Shown here: positions 28,226-36,859 of the stretch, one piece after another
How the letters are laid out: every line of letters begins with the position of its first letter
Position numbering within the stretch: the first letter of the stretch is position 1
Assembly: GCA_964648415.1 (NCBI GenBank)
Contig: CAZYOC010000003.1
Coordinates: 1 to 48,832, forward strand
Reading direction: 5' to 3'
Length of the DNA stretch: 48,832 nt
From: an uncultured bacterium
Lineage (GTDB): Bacteria > Electryoneota > Electryoneia > Electryoneales > Electryoneaceae
Made by a program: the position numbers and the translations under genes
The notes under the pieces: generated by a model
Databases searched by the model: none
Told to the model about the DNA's origin: nothing
Seen by the model: only the letters and a program-made list of their open reading frames with translations

Positions 28226-29051
28226 CCTCAACCTCCGTCCGCTCTGCCGTGTCGCCGCCCCGCTGCGTCATCTCATCGGGACGCGGGACCGGTTTCAAAT
28301 CCGCTTCCTTGTAGTTCTGGTACATCGCCATGACATTGGCCACGTAGTTCTGAGTTTCCGGGTACGGCGGGACGCCGTTGAAGCGGTCCACTGCGGCGGG
28401 TCCGGCGTTGTACGCCGCCAGCGCCAGCGACACGTCGTCGAACTTGTCCAGCATGCGCCGCAGGTAAGTCGCGCCGCCCTCGATGTTCTGCGCCGGGTTG
28501 TAGGCGTCACGGACGCCCAGTTCACGCGCAGTGCCGTCCATAAGCTGCATCAGCCCTTTTGCGCCCTTGTGCGACACCGCCCAGGGATTGCCCGCCGATT
28601 CCTGCCGCATCACCGCCCGCAGCAGCTCCGGATCCAGATTGTGCTTGCGTGCGGATGTGCGCATCAGCCAGTCAAACGAATCCAGCTTCTGCTCCACCGC
28701 GCTGCCCGGCATGTATTCCGCATTTTTCGGCTTGATCATGCCGACCTTGCCGGCGAGCTGTTTGTACATCATGTCCGCGATACCGAGCTGACCGCGCTGG
28801 GCCATCTCCCCCGCCAGCGTTTCGTCGAACATCTCCTGGTACATCTTGGAGGCGTGGTCCTTGCCGCCGAACATGGTCATATCCCCGCGCATCTCTTTCA
28901 TCATGTAGCGCAGGAAGTATTCCTCGAAGCCCTGGCACGCTTCATACAGCTCCTTGCCCTCAAGACCGTCAAGAGGAGCCTTGGGCGTTTTCGTGGGGAT
29001 TTCCGGCATGTTCAGCTTGCCGAAATCGCCTATGCCGAGTTCGCTCGTCAT
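28215..29051 (-). CDS. flgJ: FlgJ rod-binding domain fused to a lytic transglycosylase (SLT/GH23)
   Basis: [10 protein letters not shown]...MMKEMR...[11 protein letters not shown] (rod-binding), then QES, GLMQLM and AAYNAG (SLT motifs). Confidence 0.88.
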   Translation of the reverse strand: MTSELGIGDFGKLNMPEIPTKTPKAPLDGLEGKELYEACQGFEEYFLRYMMKEMRGDMTMFGGKDHASKMYQEMFDETLAGEMAQRGQLGIADMMYKQLAGKVGMIKPKNAEYMPGSAVEQKLDSFDWLMRTSARKHNLDPELLRAVMRQESAGNPWAVSHKGAKGLMQLMDGTARELGVRDAYNPAQNIEGGATYLRRMLDKFDDVSLALAAYNAGPAAVDRFNGVPPYPETQNYVANVMAMYQNYKEADLKPVPRPDEMTQRGGDTAERTEVEDER

Positions 29052-30148
29052 CAGATGATCACCAGTTCAGCTTGCAGTGCGCCCGCCTGCTTGAGCGCCT
29101 GGAAAATGGCGATGATATCCAGCGGCATGACCCCCAGCGAATTGAGGGCCTGCGCCACATCTCCCACGTTGGTCGATTCCTCGAGAACAGTCAGTTCCCT
29201 GCCTTCCTGCTGCACCTGGATCTGAGTCTGGGTCTGCTGCACGGTCTGGCCGCCGGCGAACGCGCCCGGCTGGCTTACGGTCGGCGTGGCGGCGATGGTA
29301 ATGGATAGCGGGCCGTGCGTCACCGCCACACTGGAAAGCTGCACATTCGCGCCGATGACCACGGTTCCGGTGCGTTCGTTGATCACCACCTTCGCCAGCA
29401 CATCCGGCTGCACGGCGAGCTGCTCGGTCTGCGCAATCATGGCCATGGCCCCGCCGGGATAGCCTTCCGGGATCTCAACCGTCACACTGACCGGATCCTC
29501 CGCTGTGGCCAGATTCTGCCCCAACGTCACGTTGATCGCCTCTGCGATCCGCATGGCCGTGGTGACATCCGGCTCGCGCAGGGTATAGCGCACGTTCACC
29601 ATGGCGTCCATGGTGAATTCCGGCTCCTTTTCAACCAGCAGGCCGTTGGGCACGCGCCCCACAGATATCGCATTCTGCTTCACGCTGGATTCACCGGCGA
29701 ACACCGCGAATCCGCCCACGCTGACCGGTCCCTGCGCCACACCGTAAACCTGGCCGTCCGGCGCGATCAGCGGCGAAAGCAGCAACGTTCCCCCGGCGAT
29801 GCTCTTCGCGTCGCCAATCGAGGACACACTGACATCGATGTTCTGCCCGGGACGGGTAAACGCCGGAAGACTGGCGGTGATCATCACACCGGCCACGTTG
29901 CGCGTACGCACCCGGTCGCTTTCCACCGAAATGCCGAACCGGTCCAGCATGTTGCGCATGGTCTGGTTGGTGAACAGCGCCTGGCGACTGTCGCCGCTGC
30001 CGTCCAGGCCGACCACCAGGCCGTACCCGATCAGGGGAATCTCGCTGATGCCTTCGACGTCGGCGAGGTCCTTGATCCTGGGCTGTGAGGCCGCAAACGT
30101 GGTAAGCAGCAGGATCGCCAGCAGGCTGTAAGCAAGTTTTGTCTTCAT
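29051..30148 (-). CDS. flgI: Flagellar P-ring protein FlgI
   Basis: [32 protein letters not shown] and QALKQAGAL. Confidence 0.97.
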   Translation of the reverse strand: MKTKLAYSLLAILLLTTFAASQPRIKDLADVEGISEIPLIGYGLVVGLDGSGDSRQALFTNQTMRNMLDRFGISVESDRVRTRNVAGVMITASLPAFTRPGQNIDVSVSSIGDAKSIAGGTLLLSPLIAPDGQVYGVAQGPVSVGGFAVFAGESSVKQNAISVGRVPNGLLVEKEPEFTMDAMVNVRYTLREPDVTTAMRIAEAINVTLGQNLATAEDPVSVTVEIPEGYPGGAMAMIAQTEQLAVQPDVLAKVVINERTGTVVIGANVQLSSVAVTHGPLSITIAATPTVSQPGAFAGGQTVQQTQTQIQVQQEGRELTVLEESTNVGDVAQALNSLGVMPLDIIAIFQALKQAGALQAELVII

Positions 30149-30741
30149 CAGAACACCCAATTCCACACTCGGGTCAGGATGCCCGGTTTGCCCGCGTCGG
30201 TCGCCAGACCGCTGCCACTGTAGCTGATCTGGGCTTCGGCGACCTGGTAACTGTAGACTGTGTTGTCCGGCCGTACATCTTCCGGCCGAATCACGCCGGT
30301 AATGGTGGTCTCCTGCTTTTCGCCATTGACATTGACTATCCGCGTCCCCTGGATCGCCAGCAGCCCCGTGTCCTGCACCTCGGTAACGATTGCGGTGATC
30401 TTGCCGACCAGCTTGCCCTGGGTAGAGGTTGCGCCTTCACTGTCGTTGCGGTTGCGCAGGGTGCTCCGTGCGCTGAAAGGACTCAGCATGTCATCGAGCA
30501 AACCGCCGGTACCGAGATCGGCGTCCATTTCGTTGTCGGACAACGTCCTCGTCTCGGTGCTGTTCTTGCCCTGGGTGACCTCGTACAGCAGAATGGTGAC
30601 GATGTCGCCTTCGTGGAACGCCTGTTTGTCGCAGTACAGCGACCGGTCGACGATATTGTTGAAACGCTGAGCGCTCGCCATCGAGGCGAGCAGCAATACC
30701 GTCAGGCCGACAGTGAGTAACTTGGTAGCGGGGTTCTTCAT
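30148..30741 (-). CDS. flgH: Flagellar L-ring protein FlgH (no lipobox)
   Basis: SLY.D..A...GDIVTI, GVIRPEDV..DNTV.S..VAEA.I.Y.G.G, and G.LTR. Sits between flgA and flgI. Confidence 0.93.
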   Translation of the reverse strand: MKNPATKLLTVGLTVLLLASMASAQRFNNIVDRSLYCDKQAFHEGDIVTILLYEVTQGKNSTETRTLSDNEMDADLGTGGLLDDMLSPFSARSTLRNRNDSEGATSTQGKLVGKITAIVTEVQDTGLLAIQGTRIVNVNGEKQETTITGVIRPEDVRPDNTVYSYQVAEAQISYSGSGLATDAGKPGILTRVWNWVF

Positions 30742-31472
30742 GGCGACTGCCTCCCACTTCGAGTACGAATGACACCCTGTACCTGCACTTTGCCCTCGCC
30801 CTCGACGTAGCCGTAGAGCTGAGTGCCGGATTCGGGATTCTGCACACGGACGCGGTCCCCGGTGCTGCCGTCCTCCAGCGCCAGGCCGCTGGTCTCGACA
30901 AAGACCCCGGCGACATTGGCGACGAGCGACACCTGCTGGCCGCGCAGGACCTGCGGTTTCTCTTCAATCCGGTCCAGCGTCAGTACGTCGCCCCGGCGGA
31001 CCCGTCGGTTGGTGCGCCAGACCGACCCGGAGAATTCATCCGGATCGTCGAACCAGCGCCCGCGGACGGTGGTGATTTCGCGCCGTTCCCAGCGCACGTT
31101 GTCGGCGTTGAGCACATCGTGGCGGTCGAGGTTGCGTGACGCGGTGGGCACCCAGGCGAAGGCCAGCACACGGCAGCTCACCGGCACCCGTTTCCAGATC
31201 CGCCCGCGCCGGTTCATGTTCACAGTGAGAATGGTGTTGCCGCGCGGCAGACCGGTGTCCACCACCCGGCACTCCACATCGCCGGGCACTTCGGTGATGT
31301 TGCGCCGCGAGGTAGGCGACCAGGCCACCAGATCCTCGCCGTAGATGCCGGTCAGGTAGGAGTCCACCGCTTCCGTGATCGGTTCGGGTAGTTGATCCGC
31401 ATCCTGTGCGAATACAGCGCCCACGGCCAACAGTGCGAAAAACAATGCGATTGCCGGGATTACAGCTTTCAT
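30738..31472 (-). CDS. flgA: P-ring formation chaperone FlgA
   Basis: SAF-like region and G.ALEDG..GD.VRV.N..SG. Confidence 0.92.
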   Translation of the reverse strand: MKAVIPAIALFFALLAVGAVFAQDADQLPEPITEAVDSYLTGIYGEDLVAWSPTSRRNITEVPGDVECRVVDTGLPRGNTILTVNMNRRGRIWKRVPVSCRVLAFAWVPTASRNLDRHDVLNADNVRWERREITTVRGRWFDDPDEFSGSVWRTNRRVRRGDVLTLDRIEEKPQVLRGQQVSLVANVAGVFVETSGLALEDGSTGDRVRVQNPESGTQLYGYVEGEGKVQVQGVIRTRSGRQSP

Positions 31473-31481
31473 GGCGACCTG

Positions 31482-32270
31482 TTAATGCTTAAGGTTGTTG
31501 GCGGTCTGGAGCATGTTGTCCGCGGTGCGGATCGCCTTTGAATTGACTTCGTAGGCGCGCTGCGCGGAAATCATCTGCACCATCTCCTCCACCACCTGCA
31601 CGTTCGACGCTTCGATGAAGCCCTGTTCCAGGCTGCCGAACTCTTCGATGGTCGGCTGCCCCTCCATGGGCGGCCCGGAGGCGGCGGTTTCCTGGTACAG
31701 GTTCTTTCCGATAGGCTTCAAGCCCGAGGGGTTCGTGAAACGAGCCAGGTCGATCTGCCCGATCTCTTCGAAGTCCACCTCGTTGACCAGCCGCGCCAGC
31801 ACCGCACCGTCTTCGGTGATCGTGATATCCAGGGCGTCGTCGGGGATAAACACCGGCGGGTCCATGCTGTAGCCGTCGGCGGTAACCATTTCCCCGTCGG
31901 AACTGCGTTTGAAGTTGCCGTCACGGGTGTACGCCAGGCTGTTGTCGCCTTTCGTCACCTTGAAAAAGCCTTCGCCCGCGATGCAGACGTCCAGCGGGTT
32001 GCCGGTCTGTGTCGGCGCGCCCTGGCTGTGGACCTTCTCGATAGCCACCGGCTTGACGCCATGTCCCATCCGCAGCTCTGTCGGCACGACCACGCCCAGG
32101 TTCCGGTGCGAGTTCGAGGCCTGGATCGTCTGGTAGATCAGGTCCTGAAACTCGATCTGGGTTTTCTTGTAGGCGGTCGTGTTCACGTTCGCCAGATTCT
32201 GGGCGATCGAGTCGAGATAGGTCTGCTCGGCGTACATCCCGCTGGCAGCCGTGTAAAGCGATCGCATCAT
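31482..32270 (-). CDS. flgG: Distal rod protein FlgG
   Basis: LYTAASGM, NLANVNT, FQDL.YQ, YTRDGNF, and SNV.VVEEMV.MI.AQRAYE.NSK. Confidence 0.97.
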   Translation of the reverse strand: MMRSLYTAASGMYAEQTYLDSIAQNLANVNTTAYKKTQIEFQDLIYQTIQASNSHRNLGVVVPTELRMGHGVKPVAIEKVHSQGAPTQTGNPLDVCIAGEGFFKVTKGDNSLAYTRDGNFKRSSDGEMVTADGYSMDPPVFIPDDALDITITEDGAVLARLVNEVDFEEIGQIDLARFTNPSGLKPIGKNLYQETAASGPPMEGQPTIEEFGSLEQGFIEASNVQVVEEMVQMISAQRAYEVNSKAIRTADNMLQTANNLKH

Positions 32271-32298
32271 GGATCTATTCCTCCGTCACACTGCTTGG

Positions 32299-33045
32299 TT
32301 ACTGGTAGCGTCCCACCTGATTGACCGCCTTGGACAGGGTTTGATCCTGCGCGGTCAGCACTCTTGAAGAGGCTTCATAGAGGCGGTTTAACTCAATCAT
32401 CTCAACCATTTCTCGAACCACGGTCACGTTGGATTTCTCCAGCGCGCCCTGGTGGATTTCCGTCTCACTGGCCGGCGAGGGAGGCATGTCGGCGTTGAAG
32501 TTGTACCACACGCTGTTGCCCTCCTTCTCCAGCATACTGAGGTCCTCGAACTCCACCACGCTGATCTTGCCGGTCTTGACCCCATCCTGCCAGATGCCGC
32601 CGTCCTCGGACACGATGAAATCCTTGCCGTAGATCTGCACGGGTTTGCCTCGATCATCGAGCAGTTGCATGCCGGCGGAGGTGACGATATGGCCGTCGGT
32701 GGTCATGTGGAACTGGCCGTTGCGGGTGTATTTGATCTGGTCCGCATCCTGATCGTACACCTGGAAGAAGCCCGGGCCGTTAAGCGCGAATTGATGCGGC
32801 ACGTTGGTCACTTCGATAGGGCCACCCTCCCAGTCCATGTAACGGCCTCTTTCGAGTTCGTGAACCCGTGTGGGATCGCCCCAGGGGCCGGACTGGACCA
32901 TCTCGTTGTTGACCGTAGCCCGGAACGCCCGGCGGTCGGCCTTGTAGCCGGTGGTGTTGGCGTTGGCGAGGTTGTTGGATACCGCGCGGAGCTTGTATTC
33001 GCGCGAGATCATGCCTGCCGCGGAGTGGTAAATGCCCTTGATCAT
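32299..33045 (-). CDS. flgF: Proximal rod protein FlgF
   Basis: MIKGIY..AAGM, NNLANANTTGYK, YTRNG.F and QGALEKSNV. Confidence 0.9.
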   Translation of the reverse strand: MIKGIYHSAAGMISREYKLRAVSNNLANANTTGYKADRRAFRATVNNEMVQSGPWGDPTRVHELERGRYMDWEGGPIEVTNVPHQFALNGPGFFQVYDQDADQIKYTRNGQFHMTTDGHIVTSAGMQLLDDRGKPVQIYGKDFIVSEDGGIWQDGVKTGKISVVEFEDLSMLEKEGNSVWYNFNADMPPSPASETEIHQGALEKSNVTVVREMVEMIELNRLYEASSRVLTAQDQTLSKAVNQVGRYQ

Positions 33046-33103
33046 ACTGCCGGCCTTTCCGTCGAGAACCAGAGGCGGACCGCCTCGTGTCACTTCGCGG
33101 AAA

Positions 33104-33119
33104 TGCAAAGGGTGTGCCC
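33104..33119 (-). promoter_or_regulatory. Sigma54 promoter of the flgF operon
   Basis: Minus strand GGGCAC-ACCCT-TTGCA, about 60 bp upstream of the flgF ATG. Confidence 0.8.
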
Positions 33120-33239
33120 GGGGCTCAGGGGTATGCAGATGCTTGTTTTACAAGGAATTTGAGAGGTTGTTTTTCGTCAAATCGACAAACTCGGGGGAAG
33201 GGCTCTCCGGGGCGGGGAAAGAAGTGCCGCTCGATGCGA

Positions 33240-33357
33240 GTTGCATGGGCGGCCCGCCCGTGAGTTGGCTGAATTCAATTCTGAATCAGGACGGTCAGGG
33301 TGGGCTGGTGTTCATTGTATATCGTGCTTGAATACACGGGCGGGACGCCCGTGCTAC
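33240..33357. repeat. Inverted pair of GTAG-type REP palindromes (REPIN-like)
   Basis: GTTGCATGGGCGGCCCGCCCGTG (33240-33262) faces CACGGGCGGGACGCCCGTGCTAC (33335-33357). Confidence 0.65.
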
Positions 33358-33385
33358 AAGATAGCCGGCACAACGTATTTACGAT

Positions 33386-35020
33386 CTACGCATTCACCGT
33401 TTCGCCGGCGATGTTCAGAATTGTCTTCACCTCATCCTGTCCCATCCGGAGCTGCTCGGCGATCTCGCGCACACTCACCCCGTCACGGTGCAGCTCGACG
33501 ATCCGTTCACGAGTGTTTTCCTGCGGCAACCCCGCATCGGCATCGTCTTCCAGGTCCCAGGACGCCATGGTGGGATCCGGTTCCGGCTGTTTCGGTTTGG
33601 GCTTGGGCGCCGGTTCAGGTTCATCCTCGAAGAACTCATCGGCGGGTTCTTCGCCCCGAGGCGACTCGTCCTCGAAGATGTCGTCCTGCATCTTCGGGGT
33701 GGCGGCCTGCTGCTTCCCGGGCGGCGGGACGGCTTCCTCCTTGCTGAAATCGTGGGAGATCTCATCGAGTGGCATCTCCCCCGCCCCGGTCTTCCAGGTG
33801 AACTGGGGCTTCTCTTTCGGTTCCGACCCCTGGTTCCACATCTCCAGTTCGCTGGCCAGATGATCATCCTGCTCCTGATACAGGTCGGCCACGCGTTTGC
33901 CCGCGCCCACGCTGTCGTCTTCCATTTCCACGTCCGGCTCATCATCGAACTGCACCATGTCATCGGCAAAATCGTCCACGATCTCGCCTTCCTTGAAGCC
34001 GGTCTGCGTGGGTTCCTCTGAGGCGTACAGGCCCTCCTCCTCGTCCAGCAGCGCCATCATTTTCTTCATCTTGCGGTCTTGCAGGTAGCGCACCAGGAAG
34101 AATCCGCCCGCCAGCAAGCCCAGCACACCCGCGATGATGATCACAGTCATCCAGGGGAATCCACCGCCCCCTCCGGCCTTCTCCACCTCGTCCGGTTCGG
34201 ATGTGGCCTCCGCCGGGAGGCTGTCCCGCATCGCGATATAGGCGAGCGCCTTTTCCCACATCACGCCGGCCAGCGAATCGTTTTCCAGCAACTGATACAC
34301 CATCGCCATCTTGATGGAAGCGATCTCCTGCGTCCGGTGGAAGCCGAGCGCTTCGCCATACGGGGTCAGTGACTGGGCGAACTTCCGGTTGAACACCAGC
34401 AGATCGCCCCAGAGCACACGGCTCCAGCCGTAAAGGCTGTCGTCCACCGGAAACGACAGCAGGGAGTCGAACGCCTGGTCCTTGTAACCCTGCTCGTACA
34501 AGTCTCGAATGGCTTCAATGCGTGGCGGGAACTGCTTGGTATAGAACATGGACAGTGACGTGTCCAGCTCGACCGGCACCGGTTCGGGCTTCGGTTTCGC
34601 CTTGGGCCTGGAACGCTGAACCACCCTCTTGGCGGGCGCGTTGGGATCGGGAATCAGACCGGGACGGACTTCGAGGACGATGACACCGGCTCCGGCCGGG
34701 AAACGAACCGCATGCACGGTTTTCGTCGCCCGGATGGTGATGGTCGTATCGGCGACAACGATGCTCTTGATCAGGCCGCCGCTTTCCGGTTGATATGCCG
34801 GAAAACGCAGGCTGTCCACGGCGAGCACCAGCGAACGCCCTTCCTCGGTGATCATGCGTGACTGGATGGGAGCGTCGAAGGTGAACACGAGCAGAGTGGC
34901 GCCGTCGGCCTGAGGAACCGCCCGGTTGGACAGCAGCTCCACCGCCGGGGCCGACGAGACGAGGACCATCAGGGCGAGCAACACCGCTACAACGGTGCAA
35001 TGTCTACCCGTCCCGGCCAT
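33386..35020 (-). CDS. Membrane protein with periplasmic TPR-like domain, TM helix, acidic linker and C-terminal HTH-like (SwrB/DUF6115-like) domain
   Basis: Signal peptide, TM WMTVIIIAGVLGLLAGGFFLV, and C-terminal IVELHRDGVSVREIAEQLRMGQDEVKTIL. Start at 35020 or 35026. Confidence 0.7.
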   Translation of the reverse strand: MAGTGRHCTVVAVLLALMVLVSSAPAVELLSNRAVPQADGATLLVFTFDAPIQSRMITEEGRSLVLAVDSLRFPAYQPESGGLIKSIVVADTTITIRATKTVHAVRFPAGAGVIVLEVRPGLIPDPNAPAKRVVQRSRPKAKPKPEPVPVELDTSLSMFYTKQFPPRIEAIRDLYEQGYKDQAFDSLLSFPVDDSLYGWSRVLWGDLLVFNRKFAQSLTPYGEALGFHRTQEIASIKMAMVYQLLENDSLAGVMWEKALAYIAMRDSLPAEATSEPDEVEKAGGGGGFPWMTVIIIAGVLGLLAGGFFLVRYLQDRKMKKMMALLDEEEGLYASEEPTQTGFKEGEIVDDFADDMVQFDDEPDVEMEDDSVGAGKRVADLYQEQDDHLASELEMWNQGSEPKEKPQFTWKTGAGEMPLDEISHDFSKEEAVPPPGKQQAATPKMQDDIFEDESPRGEEPADEFFEDEPEPAPKPKPKQPEPDPTMASWDLEDDADAGLPQENTRERIVELHRDGVSVREIAEQLRMGQDEVKTILNIAGETVNA

Positions 35021-36218
35021 CCTCATCGCTTCCTGTCGATTTCTGCCCGGAATCTTCGTCCTCCTCACCACTCAGGTAGTTATTCAGGTTCAGCATGCGA
35101 ATCTCGCCGTGATAATCGGTCGTTTCAATCGCTTCGATGTTGTCGAATCTCTTCACCACCTCGGCAAGACGCTCCGTGTGCTTGGTAAGCGTATTGATCA
35201 CTGTTTTCATGTCCGGGTTTTCATCAAGCGGCAGCAAGTTGGCCAGCAGGTAGAGGTTGCCCTTGATGACGGTCAGTGGATTGTTGAACTCGTGGCGGAT
35301 GCTGATGGCGGCTTCGGTCAGCGCCTCCAGTCGTTTTCCCCGCGCCAGTTCCTGCTCCAGCAGACGGCGTGCGGTGATGTCGCGCATGATTCCCAGGCAC
35401 CCGGTGATTTCACGGTCTGAACCGCGAAGCGGCACCTGGTGAACGGAGAACCAGGCTGTAACGCCGTCCGGCAGCTCGAACTCCGATTCATATTCAAAGG
35501 ACTGCCCTTTTTGCAGCACATCCACCGTACGGCCCTCATCCAGATCCACCGGGATGATGGCGTAGATGGCCTTTCCGGTCAACTGCTTGGGATGATAGCC
35601 GAACCGCTCCACCTCGTCGTTTATGAAGGTGATCATTCCGGCGGTGTCGGTGGAAAAGATGATATCGTCTACGGTTTGCAGGATGCGGTCGAGGTACGTC
35701 TTGTTCTTTTCCGTCTCCTGGTAGTCCTGGGCATGTTTGATGGCTACGGCGGCCTGGCTGGCGGCCATGAAGATCAGGGTCTGACGGAAGGGGCTGACCT
35801 CGTCGCCTGCCGGCTGCACTTCCGCGAAGAGCATCCCCACCCGCTTGTCGCCCACCATCAAGGGCACCAGCAGCAGGGTGTCGGTCTTCAGGGGTTGAGC
35901 GATGCTGAAGCTCGAGGTGGTGTCTGAAAAAACAGGCCGCTCCTGCTGGAACACCCAGTCCACGACACCGTCCTCGTTCAACGACACTGCCAGGTCCAGC
36001 AGGTTCAGCGATTCTGTTCCAACAGGGACAAATGCGGAAGGGCGTTCCTGGAAGATGTACAGGCCGACGCCTTCGATATCGATCAAACGACGCATCAGGT
36101 CAAACAGCGAATTGGCCACCTCGTCCGGATCCAGATTCACGCGAATCTGTTCGGAGAGTTGCTGAAACGCAATCAGCTCCTGCAAGTTCTGTTTGTCGTC
36201 CACCTGTGCTCCGTGCAT
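35004..36218 (-). CDS. GAF-PAS-HisKA sensor protein lacking an HATPase domain
   Basis: LLVPLMVG (GAF), G.ITFIN...GY....L.G (PAS), RDIT (PAC) and HEFNNPL (H-box). No N, G1, F or G2 boxes. Confidence 0.8.
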   Translation of the reverse strand: MHGAQVDDKQNLQELIAFQQLSEQIRVNLDPDEVANSLFDLMRRLIDIEGVGLYIFQERPSAFVPVGTESLNLLDLAVSLNEDGVVDWVFQQERPVFSDTTSSFSIAQPLKTDTLLLVPLMVGDKRVGMLFAEVQPAGDEVSPFRQTLIFMAASQAAVAIKHAQDYQETEKNKTYLDRILQTVDDIIFSTDTAGMITFINDEVERFGYHPKQLTGKAIYAIIPVDLDEGRTVDVLQKGQSFEYESEFELPDGVTAWFSVHQVPLRGSDREITGCLGIMRDITARRLLEQELARGKRLEALTEAAISIRHEFNNPLTVIKGNLYLLANLLPLDENPDMKTVINTLTKHTERLAEVVKRFDNIEAIETTDYHGEIRMLNLNNYLSGEEDEDSGQKSTGSDEDGRDG

Positions 36219-36236
36219 TGTCCTGCACCTGTTTAA

Positions 36237-36859
36237 CAGACTGTCACAGCATAGAACCTACTCTCATTCGCCCCTTCCAGACTCTCACGGCATAGAACCT
36301 ACTCTCATTCGCCCCTTCCAGACTCTCGCAGCATAGAACCCACTCTCATTCGCCCCTTCCAGACTCTCGCAGCATAGAACCCACTCTCATTCCCGCGAAG
36401 GCGGGAATCCAGGCAAGGTTCAAGAATATAAGATGTTAGCGTTCCAATACAGAATCGATTTCACCTTTCGGTTTTCATAGTTAACATATTGTCGTATAAA
36501 GACATGTCTGGATTCACGGCTGTCCCAAACTGCGGGACACCGCAAGCTACGCTACGCTTCGGTTCCCGCCTTCCAGACTGTATCACAATAAGAACTACTC
36601 TCATCCCAGCGTAGGCTGGGATCCAGGCAAGGTGCAAGAATATAACATGTTAGCAATTCAGAACCACTGTAGTGTTCAATAGGGTCTTTTCATAGTTAAC
36701 ATGTTGTAGTATATAGACATGTCTGGATTCCAGCCTTCGCTGGAATGAGATTCCTCTCGCATTCTGCGACAGTCTGCTTCGCGGGAATGAGATCCATTGG
36801 ACATTTTGATACAGTCTTCTTCGCGAGAACGAGACTCCATGCCATTGTGATACAGTCTG
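36237..36859. mobile_element. Nested MITE array (623 bp) flanked by a TTAA duplication
   Basis: TTAA|CAGACTGT...ACAGTCTG|TTAA. Contains three 41-bp left-end units, an interrupted copy starting at 36360, a complete inner copy at 36574-36776 flanked by CTTC, and two right ends. Confidence 0.85.

Noticed and set aside
36237-36400. 41-bp tandem repeats (also 47260-47381) as a CRISPR array
   Set aside because: The units abut with no unique spacers, there are no cas genes, and they are explained as stacked MITE ends.
36628-36655. GGTGCAAGAATATAACATGTTAGC as a Xer dif site
   Set aside because: The 11-6-11 spacing does not fit a XerC arm, and the motif is multi-copy inside the MITE.
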